A stretch of DNA of 64,000 nucleotides from an uncultured Actinomycetes bacterium (lineage in GTDB: Bacteria > Actinomycetota > Thermoleophilia > UBA2241), in assembly GCA_963725665.1 (NCBI GenBank), contig CAVRZA010000006.1, positions 32,001 to 96,000 on the forward strand, written 5' to 3'. Position numbers and translations under genes: made by a program. This document shows, one piece after another, positions 1-10,392 of the stretch (positions within the stretch are counted from its first letter, which is position 1; every line of letters begins with the position of its first letter). The notes beneath the pieces are model-generated. The model was not told where the DNA came from and did no database searches. It worked only from the letters and a program-made list of their open reading frames with translations.

Positions 1-982
1 CGGCGCTCATGCGGCGTGCCCGCAAGCCGTTGCCGTTGCCCGGCGAGGCGCTCAACAAGAGCATCGCATCCACGGGACAGACGGCAGTGCAGGCCCCGCA
101 ACCGTTGCAGCGCTGCTCGTCGACGACCGGCAGGAAGCGGGTCGTGTGCACCGGCCGCAGGATGGCGAAGCGCCGCGCCGCGGTCAAGGTATCGCAGCAG
201 CAGCCGCAGCAGTTGCAGATGAAGTTGGGCCGCACACGCACGTTCTCGGCGTACTGCACGAGATTGTGCTCGTAGGCGTCTTGGAGCAGCTCGATGCCCT
301 CGCGCGCGTCGAGGGGGCGCGCCAGGTCGTTGCGCAATAAGTAGTCTGCCGCCGTGTCGAAGGCCATGCAGAGCTCGAGCGGCGCGTCGCAGGCCTTCCC
401 GAGGTGGTGCATCTTGTGCCGGCAGAAGCAGACGCCGACCGCGCGGTGGTCGGCTTCCTCGATGATCGCCGAAGCGAGCTCGTAGTCGAGCACGTGGAGG
501 GCGTTGTCGCCAGCGAGCGCGGGCTCGTGGACGAGAGTGCGACCGAGCTGCGTCCCGCCGGGCTCGTAGAGCTGACGCATGAAATCGCCTTCGACGTTCA
601 CATAGCGGTAGAAGAGCTCAGCCAGGGCCTTCTGGCCGCCGTCGGGCGGGACACGCATGAGCGTGAGCTCGAAGAAGCCGGCCATGGGCGGCGGCATGAA
701 GTACACCCGTTGGCCGTTGAGGCCGGTGTCGACGACAAGGCCCTTGGCCGCGAGGCGGTCGAGAGTGCGCTCGGCCTCGGCAGGGCCCACCTTCCAGGCG
801 CGCGCGGCGGCGGCGACCTTGAAGGGCGCCAGGGGAAGCTGGGCGACCAGGCGCGCCTCCTCCTCGGTGAAGATGCGCGCCAGGATCTCGTAGAGCAGCT
901 CCGACGGCGGCGCCCCCGTGGGAAACCGATTCATCCGCCGGGTGAGCTCTTCGTAAACAGGCTTTGCGCTGTGATGGGCCAT
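1..982 (-). CDS. 4Fe-4S dicluster/ferredoxin-like protein, 3' end cut off by the window edge
   Basis: Manual translation from ATG 982: MAHHSAKPVYEELTRRMNRFPTGAP...VCFCRH...KACDAPLELC...FICNCCGCCC...RCNGCGACTAVCPVDA (CxxCxxCxxxCP). No stop within the window, so it is absent from the ORF track. Confidence 0.85.
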   Translation of the reverse strand, partial: MAHHSAKPVYEELTRRMNRFPTGAPPSELLYEILARIFTEEEARLVAQLPLAPFKVAAAARAWKVGPAEAERTLDRLAAKGLVVDTGLNGQRVYFMPPPMAGFFELTLMRVPPDGGQKALAELFYRYVNVEGDFMRQLYEPGGTQLGRTLVHEPALAGDNALHVLDYELASAIIEEADHRAVGVCFCRHKMHHLGKACDAPLELCMAFDTAADYLLRNDLARPLDAREGIELLQDAYEHNLVQYAENVRVRPNFICNCCGCCCDTLTAARRFAILRPVHTTRFLPVVDEQRCNGCGACTAVCPVDAMLLLSASPGNGNGLRARRMSA

Positions 983-1129
983 GGCTAGGGCGCGACGCGT
1001 CGCCGAACAGGATAGCAGACACGCGCGGCGACAAGACGTTGCCGTTTGGTGCAAGCAGTAGCAGGTTCATAACGGAGGGCAAAGTCGGCGCGCGGGCACC
1101 AGGCGCATATCCGCGCGCGAGGGGGTGAG

Positions 1130-2416
1130 ATGAAGAAGATCATCGTGCTGGGCGGCGGCTTCGCCGGCGTCTCCGCCGCCCAGCGCCTCGCCAAGGACAA
1201 GAGCGCCGAGGTCCTGCTGATCAGCAGGACCAACTTCCTGACGTACACGCCTTTTCTGGCCGACGTAGCCGGCGGGACGCTGGCTGTCGTTCACGCCGTT
1301 CCCCCCATACGGATGATGGCCCCGCGCGCACGCGTCGAGGTGGCCGAGGTCGAGACGATCGACGTGGGCGGCCAGTCGGTGGGCGTCAGACTGCCCGACG
1401 GTACGAACCGCGGGCGGTCGTTCGACTACCTGATCGTCGCGCTGGGCGCGCATACGGACTTCCGGCACGGCGCGGGCTCAGAGCGTTTCGGGTTCCCGCT
1501 CTACACCATGGGCGACGCCTTCCTGCTCCGCAACCACGTGCTGGAGATGCTGGAGCTGGCCGAAGCCTCCCACAACGCCGACAAGCGCCGTGAGCTTCTG
1601 ACCTTCGTCTTCTGCGGCGGCGGCTTCTCGGGCGTCGAAGGCGCCGCCGCCATCGAGGACCTCGTCCACGGGGCGATCCCATACTTCAAGACCATCCGGC
1701 CGGAGGAGACGACGTTCATCCTGGCGCCTCACGGAGACCGCCTCCTCGCTCAGATCGATGAGAAGCTCGGGCAATACGTCGTCAAGCGGCTGGCCAAACG
1801 CACCGTCGACGTGCGACTGGGAGTAGGGGTGACGGAGGTGACCGAGAGGAGCGCGACGTTGAGCACCGGCGAAGTGGTGCCGACGCGCACCGTCTTGTGG
1901 GCCGCGGGCATCGAGGTGAGCCCACTGCTCCACAGCGTCGACCTGCCCAAGGACGAGCACGGCGCCGTCCGGGTGGGCGGCAACTTGCAGGTGACCGGTC
2001 ACGAGAACGTCTTCGCCCTCGGCGACTGCGCGGCCGTCCCCACGCCCGACGGCAAGGGCTTCTACGCGCCGACCGCCCAGAACGCCATCCGCCAGGGCAA
2101 GGTCGCAGGGGAGAACCTGCTGGCGCTGCTCCGCGGCGACCAGCCCGACCGCGTCTTCGACTACAGGCCGATCGGCAGCCTCGCCAGTCTCGGGCGCCGC
2201 CAAGCGGTGGCGCAGATCAAAGGCCTGAGGCTCTCGGGCTTCCTGGCGTGGCTGCTCTGGCGGGGGATCTACCTGGGTAAGCTGCCGCGCTTCTCGCGCA
2301 AGTTCCAGGTGGCCGTCGACTGGATTGGCGACCTTTTCAGCCCTGTGGAGACCACCTACTTCCCGCTGGGGCCGCGTGAGACTCCGGCCGGCGAGATGAG
2401 CCCACCGAGACGCTAA
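1130..2416 (+). CDS. ndh: Type II NADH dehydrogenase-like NAD(P)/FAD oxidoreductase
   Basis: GGGFAG FAD motif, second GGGFSGVE nucleotide motif, FALGDCA, PTAQNAIRQG and C-terminal GFLAWLLWRGIYL membrane helix. Confidence 0.85.
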   Translation: MKKIIVLGGGFAGVSAAQRLAKDKSAEVLLISRTNFLTYTPFLADVAGGTLAVVHAVPPIRMMAPRARVEVAEVETIDVGGQSVGVRLPDGTNRGRSFDYLIVALGAHTDFRHGAGSERFGFPLYTMGDAFLLRNHVLEMLELAEASHNADKRRELLTFVFCGGGFSGVEGAAAIEDLVHGAIPYFKTIRPEETTFILAPHGDRLLAQIDEKLGQYVVKRLAKRTVDVRLGVGVTEVTERSATLSTGEVVPTRTVLWAAGIEVSPLLHSVDLPKDEHGAVRVGGNLQVTGHENVFALGDCAAVPTPDGKGFYAPTAQNAIRQGKVAGENLLALLRGDQPDRVFDYRPIGSLASLGRRQAVAQIKGLRLSGFLAWLLWRGIYLGKLPRFSRKFQVAVDWIGDLFSPVETTYFPLGPRETPAGEMSPPRR

Positions 2417-2492
2417 GTCGCCCAGCAAACGCCGCCCCGCGCCGTCTTCGTCTACACTGATTCGACACGCCCGGTTCCGAGGAGACAGACGC

Positions 2493-3755
2493 ATGGAAGA
2501 AGAGCAGCGCCCGCCGGTTTCGACCCCGCCGCCGGATCCCCGGCCGGACGTCCCGCCCGCGTTCCACCTGCTGGCCAAGCCCACCGGCTCGGTGTGCAAC
2601 CTCGACTGCGCCTACTGCTTCTTCCTCGAGAAGGAGAAGCTCTACCCGGAAAGCCGCTTCCGCATGAGCGATGAGCTGCTCGAGCGCTACATCCGGCAGC
2701 TCATCGCGGCGCATCGCACGCCCGAGGTGACCATCGCCTGGCAGGGCGGCGAGCCCACGCTCATGGGCTTGGAGTTCTTCCGCCGCTCGGTCGAGCTGGC
2801 CAAGAAGTACGCCAGGCCGGGCATGGCCGTGAGCCACACGATCCAGACCAACGGCACGCGCCTCAACGGCGACTGGGCGCGCTTCTTCAAGGAGAACGGC
2901 TACCTCGTGGGCCTGAGCATCGACGGGCCGCGCGAGCTGCACGACGCCTACCGCCGCGACAAGGGCGGCCGGCCGACCTTCGACCGCGTCATGCGCGGCC
3001 TCGGGCATCTGCGCGAGCGCGGCGTGGACTGGAACGCGTTGACCACGGTCCACGCCGCCAACGCCGAGCACCCCGTCGAGGTCTACCGCTTCCTGCGCGA
3101 CGAGTGCGGGGCGCAGTTCATCCAGTTCATCCCCATCGTCGAGCGACCGACCGAGGACGGCGTGCCCTACGGCGACGCCGTCACCGAGCGCTCCGTTACT
3201 GCCAATCAGTGGGGCACCTTCCTCATCGGGGTCTTCGAGGAGTGGGTGCGACGCGACGTGGGCGAGGTCTACGTGCAGATGTTCGACGTGGCGCTGGCGA
3301 ACTGGTACGGCGAGCCGGCAGGACTCTGCGTGCACTCGCCGACCTGCGGCACCGCCCTCGCCATGGAGCACAACGGCGACGTGTACGCCTGCGACCACTT
3401 CGTGGAGCCCGGCTACCTGCTGGGGAACATGGGCGAGCGGGAGCTGGGCGAGCTTGTCGCGTCGCCGCAGCAGCGCTGCTTCGGCCTCGACAAGCTCGCC
3501 CAGCTCCCCCAGTTCTGCCTCGACTGCGACGTGCGCTTCGCCTGTCACGGCGGCTGTCCGAAGGACCGCTTCATCTCGACGCCCGACGGCGACCCTCGGC
3601 TGAACTACCTCTGCGCCGGCTTCAAGGCCTTCTTCCATCACGTCGACCCCGCGATGCGGCGCATGTGCGAGCTTCTTCGGGCCGACCGGGCGCCGTCGGA
3701 CATCATGGCGCAGTATGTCGGCGCGGACGGCGACGACCAGGGGACGACCTCATGA
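2493..3755 (+). CDS. Anaerobic sulfatase-maturating radical SAM/SPASM enzyme (AslB/ChuR family)
   Basis: KPTGSVCNLDCAYCFF radical SAM motif, WQGGEP, SPASM cysteines (CVHSPTCG, YACDH, CLDCDVRFACHGGCPK); near a sulfatase. Confidence 0.92.
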   Translation: MEEEQRPPVSTPPPDPRPDVPPAFHLLAKPTGSVCNLDCAYCFFLEKEKLYPESRFRMSDELLERYIRQLIAAHRTPEVTIAWQGGEPTLMGLEFFRRSVELAKKYARPGMAVSHTIQTNGTRLNGDWARFFKENGYLVGLSIDGPRELHDAYRRDKGGRPTFDRVMRGLGHLRERGVDWNALTTVHAANAEHPVEVYRFLRDECGAQFIQFIPIVERPTEDGVPYGDAVTERSVTANQWGTFLIGVFEEWVRRDVGEVYVQMFDVALANWYGEPAGLCVHSPTCGTALAMEHNGDVYACDHFVEPGYLLGNMGERELGELVASPQQRCFGLDKLAQLPQFCLDCDVRFACHGGCPKDRFISTPDGDPRLNYLCAGFKAFFHHVDPAMRRMCELLRADRAPSDIMAQYVGADGDDQGTTS

Positions 3756-4213
3756 CGAGCGAGGACAGGCCCGCGGCACCGGACGCGCCGAGCGAACCGG
3801 CGCGCGAGAGTCGACAAGACGCGCACGTGGACGTGTCGGGCGCGGATCCACGCCGCGATGAGGCGGAACTCCGCCGCGACAGCGCGCCGCGCCGCACTCT
3901 CCTGGCCGCGGAACGGACCTACCTTGCCTGGCTCAGGACAGGGCTGGGAGCGATCGCCGTCTCAGTCGCGGTCGGCCGCGTCGCCCCCGCGCTGCTCGGC
4001 GGCCCGCATCTTGCCTACGCTCTGCTCGGCTCCGGCTACGGCGTGCTGGGCATCTTCTTCATCGTCTACGCGCTCGTCCGGGCGAGGCGACTCGACGCCG
4101 CCCTGGCCGCCGACACCTCGGTGACCCTGGACTGGTGGGCCCTCGTGATCACCACGGTCATCGGTCTCACCTTGGCCGTAGCCACGATCGTGATGGTCCT
4201 CGCCGAAGTCTGA
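3752..4213 (+). CDS. DUF202/YidH-family membrane protein
   Basis: ATGA overlap with the maturase stop; RTLLAAERTYLAWLRTG signature followed by 3 TM segments. Confidence 0.85.
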   Translation: MTSEDRPAAPDAPSEPARESRQDAHVDVSGADPRRDEAELRRDSAPRRTLLAAERTYLAWLRTGLGAIAVSVAVGRVAPALLGGPHLAYALLGSGYGVLGIFFIVYALVRARRLDAALAADTSVTLDWWALVITTVIGLTLAVATIVMVLAEV

Positions 4214-4220
4214 GAGGATC

Positions 4221-4682
4221 CTAGGAGCGCTTGTTCAGCGCGGCCTCGATCCGTTCGAGGCGTTCTTCGATCTTCAGCAGCTGCTCCGCGGGCGAGGCGT
4301 CGCTTCCGTTCGGCGGCTGTTCTCGGCTTGACCGCGCCACGAACGAGCTGGTGATCGACGCGGTGATCACCGTGACGAACCCGATCCCGAGCAGCATCAC
4401 GAGAGCTGCCACGATCTGGCCCGCGGCGGTCGTCGGGACGTGATCGCCGTAGCCGACTGTCGTGATTGTCTGGACGGCCCACCAGAGCCCAGTGCCGAGC
4501 GACGGAAAGCCTTTTCGGTCGAGGATCGTCATCGCCAGGCCGGCGACAATGGTTATCGAGGTCGTGATACTGGCGATGACGATCGCGGCCCCTCGAGGCG
4601 TCGCGGCGCGGACGATCCATCGGTCGAGCAGACGCTCGCTCCTAGTCTCGACTTCCATGACAGTAGAATTCGCTATAGCCAC
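4221..4682 (-). CDS. KcsA-like 2-TM potassium channel protein
   Basis: LWWAVQTITTVGYGD selectivity filter flanked by two TM helices; short C-terminal coiled segment. Confidence 0.88.
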   Translation of the reverse strand: MAIANSTVMEVETRSERLLDRWIVRAATPRGAAIVIASITTSITIVAGLAMTILDRKGFPSLGTGLWWAVQTITTVGYGDHVPTTAAGQIVAALVMLLGIGFVTVITASITSSFVARSSREQPPNGSDASPAEQLLKIEERLERIEAALNKRS

Positions 4683-4850
4683 GGTCGGCCCTCCCGCGCA
4701 CCGGCTGCTCTCGCCGTTGACCTCCTATATCATGCGGAAGCTGTTTCGTCGGCTCGCCAGGCTCATCTCGCGCGGGCAACCTGCGGCCTCAACGGGTCGA
4801 GGCCCCGTGCCCAGACGGAGCAACTCGCAAGAGCGAAGGAGTGATGGGGT

Positions 4851-7209
4851 ATGCGTGAACCGTTCAAGGGTGTCATCAACGTCGACATCCGCGACTCGAA
4901 ACCGGACTGGGCGCCGTTCGAGCCGCCGAAGGCGCCCGACGGCGCCCCCAACGTCGTCTACATCGTGCTCGACGACGTCGGCTTCTCGGCGATGTCCTGC
5001 TACGGCGGCCCGATCCCGACGCCCAACATCGACAAGATCGCGGCCGACGGCGTGCGCTACACGCAGTGGCACACCACGGCACTCTGCTCGCCGACTCGCT
5101 CGTGTCTGCTCACTGGTCGCAACCACACGCGCAACTCGATGGCCTGCATCACCGAGGCGGCGATCGGCTTCCCGAACGCCAGCGGGACCATCCCTCCCGA
5201 GAACGGCATGCTCTCCGAGATCCTCGGTGAGCTGGGCTGGAACACCTACATGGTCGGCAAGTGGCACCTCTGCCCGACCGACGAGATGAACCTGGCCGCG
5301 CCGCGCCGCAACTGGCCGTCCGGGCGCGGCTTTGAGCGCTGGTACGGTTTCCTCGGCGCCGAGACCAACCAGTGGTATCCCGAGCTCGTGTACGACAACC
5401 ACCCGGTGGACCCGCCCAAGACGCCGGAAGAGGGCTACCACCTCACCGACGACATCACCGACAAGGCGCTCGAGTTCATCAAGGACGCCAAGGCGATCGC
5501 GCCGGACAAGCCGTTCTTCCTCTACTACGCTCCCGGCGCCTGCCACGCGCCGCACCACGCGCCCAAGGAGTGGATCGACAAGTTCAAGGGCCAGTTCGAC
5601 ATGGGCTACGAGGCGATGCGCGAGCAGACGCTTGGCACGCCAGAAGAAGATGGGCCTCGTCCCGCCCGACACGGAACTGCCGCCGATCAACCCCATCGGC
5701 ACGCCCGAGACCCGCACCGGCCCCGACGGCAAGCCGTTCCCGGTGATGGACGTGACCAAGCCGTGGGACTCGCTCTCCGACGGCGAGAAGGAGCTCTTCT
5801 CCCGTATGGCTGAGGTCTACGCGGGCTTCCTCGCCCACGCCGACTACCACATCGGCCGGCTGCTCGACTACCTCGAGTTCGCCGGCCAGCGCGAGAACAC
5901 TCTGGTCATGCTCGTGTCGGACAACGGCGCCAGCGGCGAGGGCGGCCCCAACGGGTCGGTCAACGAGAGCCGGCTCTTCAACGGCATGCCCGACGACCTC
6001 GACTCAGCCCTCGCCATGCTCGACGAGCTCGGCGGTCCCAAGACCTACAACCACTACGCGAACGGCTGGGCGATGGCCTTCAACACGCCGTTCAAGATGT
6101 GGAAGCGCTACGAGTTCAACGGCGGCACCGCCGACCCGTGCATCGTCTCGTGGCCGGCCGGCATGAAGGCGAAGGGCGAGATCAGAGAGCAGTATCACCA
6201 CGCGATCGACCTCGTCCCGACGGTCCTCGACTGCCTCGGCGTCGAAGCCCCCAAGACCATCAAGGGCCACGTGCAGAGCGACTTCGACGGTGTGAGCATG
6301 CGCTACAGCCTCGACGACGCCAAGGCCGACGGGGCGCGCAAGACCCAGTTCTACTCGATGCTCGGTTCGAGGGGCATCTGGCACGAGGGCTGGAAGGCCG
6401 TCACGACCCACCCCACGGTCGCCGGGTGGAGCGATTTCAACGACGACACCTGGGAGCTCTATCACACCGAGGTCGACCGCTCAGAGCTCCACGATCTGTC
6501 CAAGGAGGACTGGGGCAAGCTCAGGGAGCTCCAGAGCCTGTGGTTCGCGGAGGCCGGCAGGAACGGCGCCTTCCCCCTCGATGACCGCTCTCCGCTCGAG
6601 ATCATCCTGACGCCGCGGCCTCTGCTCGCGCCGCCGCGCGACCGCTACGTGTACTTCCCCGACACCGCCGACGTCCCGGAGCAACAGGCCGTCAACGTCC
6701 GCAACCGCTCGTACTCGATCGGAGCACTGGTCGACATTCCCGCCCCCGGCGCCGAAGGGGTCCTCTTCGCCCACGGGGCACGCTTCGGCGGCCATGCCCT
6801 CTACGTCAAGGACAACCGCCTGCACTACGTGAACAGCTTCGTCGGCATCGTCGAGCAGAAGATCGACGCGACCGAGGACCTGCCGACCGGTGAAGACCTG
6901 ATCCTCTCGGCCTCCTTCGAGAAGGACGGCGAGGACCCGCCCGGGGTGGCCACCGGTATCCTGTCCCTCTATCACGGCGACAAGCAAGTCGGCGAGGGCC
7001 GGATCAAGACCCAGCCAGGCTTCTTCTCGCTTGCCGGCGAGGGTCTGTGCGTCGGACGCGACAGCGGCGAGGCCGTCACCGACGACTATCCGGGCGAGTC
7101 GCCGCACCGCTTCACGGGTGGCACGATCAAGCGTGTCGCCGTGGACGTCAGTGGCGAGCCCTACCTCGACCTGGAGCGCCACGCCCAGGCGATGCTGGCG
7201 CGGGAGTGA
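4851..7209 (+). CDS. Cys-type arylsulfatase (AtsA/AtsD-like), one frameshift near 5635
   Basis: PNVVYIVLDDVG, LCSPTRSCLLTGRN (CxPxR formylglycine motif), GKWHL, SDNG. N-half in ORF 4851..5813, C-half in ORF 5332..7209. No signal peptide. Confidence 0.92.
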
Positions 7210-7255
7210 TCCACCGACGTCAGGCTGACGACACTACCTTGACGCATTGAGAACC

Positions 7256-7293
7256 GGGGCGGGGGCCGGCATTCGCCGGCCCCCGCCCCCTTT
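7256..7293. terminator. Hairpin terminator between convergent sulfatase and antiporter genes
   Basis: GGGGCGGGGGCCGGC-ATTC-GCCGGCCCCCGCCCC 15-bp stem followed by CTTT. Confidence 0.7.
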
Positions 7294-7341
7294 GCATACA
7301 CACCACACGATGCGCGGTCCAGCGGGCACAGCCGGCCGCGA

Positions 7342-8625
7342 TCAGGCCAGGTGGGGATCGTCCGCTGCCGGCTGCCGGCGGAAGCGCGGCGCGACCGTAG
7401 GCACGGCCTCCTCGGCCTCCGGGCGCACCGCCGTGTGGGCCTCGTACCAGCGGCGGTAGGAGGCGATGAGCGGGACCGACGAGAGGCCGTGCGCAAGCAC
7501 GCTGAGCGCCACCGTGCACGCGACGACCCGCGCGAGCAGTTGCGCGTGGGGCACGTCTGCCTCCAGAGCCAGTAGGCCGAAGACGATCGAGGCCAGCCCG
7601 CGCGGTCCGAACCAGCCCATGAACCAGACGGTCGGCCCGCGCGCCCCGCTCCTCAGCATGGCGAGAGCGACCGGGCCGATGCGCACGACGGTCAGGCTGA
7701 GCACGGCGTAGAGTACGATCTGCCAGGTGAGGTGCGGGATGGCCCTCTCCAGGGCGAGCGCGCCGAAGCCTATCCACACGACCGCCGTGAGCAGTCCGCC
7801 GGTCTCCTCCGTGAAGAGGGTGAAGCGCAGACCACGCGCCCCTGCGGCGCGGCCGAAGGTCATACCGCCGACGAAGGCGCCGATGAAGCCGCTGCCGCCG
7901 AGCCACACGGCCAGGGAGTAGGCGAGGGCCGCCGTGGCCAGGGTCATGATCTGACGCCAATGCGCCTCGATCCAGCCGTGCCGGTCGGCCCAACGCACCA
8001 GCAGCGCCCCGAGCAGCGCCGCACCGACCCCTGCGAAAATGCCGTATCCGATCTGCTGCGCGGCGTTCCTGACCACCGCGGACACCGCGTTGGTCTTCGC
8101 TTCGGCCAATGTGATATCGACGGCCACGAGGAAGAAGGGCACCGCCAGGCCGTCGTTGAGCCCGCTCTCGACGTTCAGCGCCTGGCGCACGCGCGAGGCC
8201 ACGGCCGGGTCGGTCACGACGCGCTGACCGAGCGCGGCATCGGTCGAGGCGAGCATGATCGAGAGCAAAGCCGCCGTCGCCAGACCGATGCCGGGAAACA
8301 CCAGCAGCGCCGCACCGGCTCCGACCAGCATGGTGAGAGGCAGCCCGGCGAGGAGCAAACGCTCGGGCCACGCCAGCTGGGCGCGCAGCGAGCGCAGGTC
8401 GATGCGCGCGGCGTCGCTGAAGAGCAGGAGGGCCAGGGCGATCTCGGTCAGATGCTCCGCTGTCGCGCCCTCCACGGGCAGGTTCACCAGATCGAGGACC
8501 GAGGGACCCACGAGCAGCCCCGCCAGCATGAAGACCATCGCCGATGTGACGCCGCGCCCATCGAGCGGCTTGGAGACCGCACCGTAGGCGATGAGAATCG
8601 CGGCGATGGTCAGCAGGGCGATCAT
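7342..8625 (-). CDS. Cation:proton antiporter (CPA1/NhaP-like)
   Basis: About 12 TM segments; STDAALG, LNVESGLNDG, GWFGPRGLAS motifs. Confidence 0.88.
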   Translation of the reverse strand: MIALLTIAAILIAYGAVSKPLDGRGVTSAMVFMLAGLLVGPSVLDLVNLPVEGATAEHLTEIALALLLFSDAARIDLRSLRAQLAWPERLLLAGLPLTMLVGAGAALLVFPGIGLATAALLSIMLASTDAALGQRVVTDPAVASRVRQALNVESGLNDGLAVPFFLVAVDITLAEAKTNAVSAVVRNAAQQIGYGIFAGVGAALLGALLVRWADRHGWIEAHWRQIMTLATAALAYSLAVWLGGSGFIGAFVGGMTFGRAAGARGLRFTLFTEETGGLLTAVVWIGFGALALERAIPHLTWQIVLYAVLSLTVVRIGPVALAMLRSGARGPTVWFMGWFGPRGLASIVFGLLALEADVPHAQLLARVVACTVALSVLAHGLSSVPLIASYRRWYEAHTAVRPEAEEAVPTVAPRFRRQPAADDPHLA

Positions 8626-8732
8626 GCGCCGACTCCGGCGCGAGACGGGATCCGGGCTCGGTCACCCACACCCGCGGCTCCTGCCTCAGCCCTCTCCGTC
8701 CTCATTTGCCATGTGTGGGAGGCTGGGACCCC

Positions 8733-10297
8733 TCACGGGCTCGGCGACGCCGCCGGGCCCTGCGAGACGATGATCGTGACACTGCTCCCAGGCTCCACGA
8801 GCACACCCGACGACGGCGTCTGATCGACCACGGTGCCTGCCGGTGCTGACGCGTCGGGCACTTTCTCCACCACGACGGTGAAGCCGGCGGCCTGCAGGGC
8901 GCTCACCGCCTGCTCCTGTGTCTGGCCCACGACATCAGGTACGGCACTCGCCTGCGGACTCGCGCTCGGAGCCGGCCCCTTCGAGACGGCGAAGGCTATC
9001 TGTGAGCCGGGCAGGAGTTGCGTCCCCGCCGCGGGCGCCTGGTCGATGACCTGCCCGACCGCCGCACTGGCGTCGTAGGCGGCAGCGATGGCGCCCGTGG
9101 CGAACCCGGCATCCGTGATCGCCGCGGTCGCTTGCTCCTGGCTCAGGCCCAACAGGTTGGGCGCGGCCTTGGTGGCGACGCCAGCAGCTACGACGTCGAT
9201 CGATGAACCCTTGTCCACGGAGGCGCCGGCCGCGGGTGTCTGCGAGAGGACCGCGCCCTGGGCTGCTCCCGGGGACGACTTGTACGTCACCGTGCCCAGC
9301 TTGAGCCCGACGTCCGTGAGCGCCGTGCTCGCCTCGTTGACCGTCATCCCGGCAACGTCGGGGACGGTGACCGACTGGCTGAAGACGCCGCTGGTCCAGA
9401 GGAACGCGATGATCGCGATCGCCGCCACCAGGGCGAGGATGATCCAAGGCAGCAGGGGCCTCCTATTCTCCGCCGCGACGCTGACGGGGGCGGCCCCCAC
9501 CGACCCTCCCTCTAGGGCGTGTTCGAGGGCCTCGAAGAGCTCGACTCCGGTCGCGTACCTGTCCTCGGGCGCCTTCGAGAGGCAGCGCAGGATCACGTTC
9601 TCCAGGGACTTCGAGACGACCGGATTCACCAGGCGCGGACGGGTCACGGGCGCGTCGACATGCGCCTGGGCCACGCTGAAAGCGTTCCTGCCTTCGAAGG
9701 GCAAGCGGCCGGTGGCAAGCTGGTACAGGACGACGCCCAACGAGTAGACATCCGAGCCGGGGACCGAGGGTCGCGCCATCACCTCCTCGGGGCTGACGTA
9801 CCAGGCCGCGCGCGCCGGCGCCTCCTGGCTCAAGTCGGGAGGCGCCTGCGCGCGCGCCAGCCCGGTGTCGATGAGCTTGAGGCCGCCGGAAGGGGTGACC
9901 ACGATCGTCGACGGCTTGACGCCGCCGTGCACCACACCATGACGATGCAGCGCCGCCAGCGCCGAGGCGACCTGGGCTCCGTAGGCCTCGACGGTCGCCG
10001 CCGGCAAGGGAGCGCTCTTCGACACGCTCTGCCCCAGGTCGACCCCGCTCGACGAGCTCGGTGGCGACGTAGGCGAGCTCGCCACGCCTCCCCGAGTCCA
10101 CGACGCTCTCCAGATGCGGGTCGTCGATGCGGGCGACCACCGCCATCTCGTCGAGGAACCTCCCGATGTCGCGCGGCGCGATCTCCTTGAGAGCGACCTC
10201 GGCGCCCGCGCTGGTGACGGCCCGCTCCGCCTTCAGGGCGTCACCGGGCGGCAGCTCGCCTACAGTATCGATAGCTCGACTGGAAGCCGTTGGTCAT
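8733..10297 (-). CDS. PknB-like Hanks kinase-fold protein with TM and 3 PASTA domains; catalytic motifs degenerate (probable pseudokinase); frameshifts near 10270 and 10045
   Basis: VALK, HGGVKPST, DTG, YVSPE, SDVYSLG, GRLPF; TM LPWIILALVAAIAII; PASTA repeats VPDVAG/APNLLG/VPDVVG. Confidence 0.85.
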
Positions 10298-10392
10298 AGC
10301 CGTCCCCCCGATTAGAGTCAGGTGAGCGGCCGTCCGGGCCGCCTGGCGTACGTTACCACGCGGTCACGATCCCGCGACAGCGGACCAGACTG

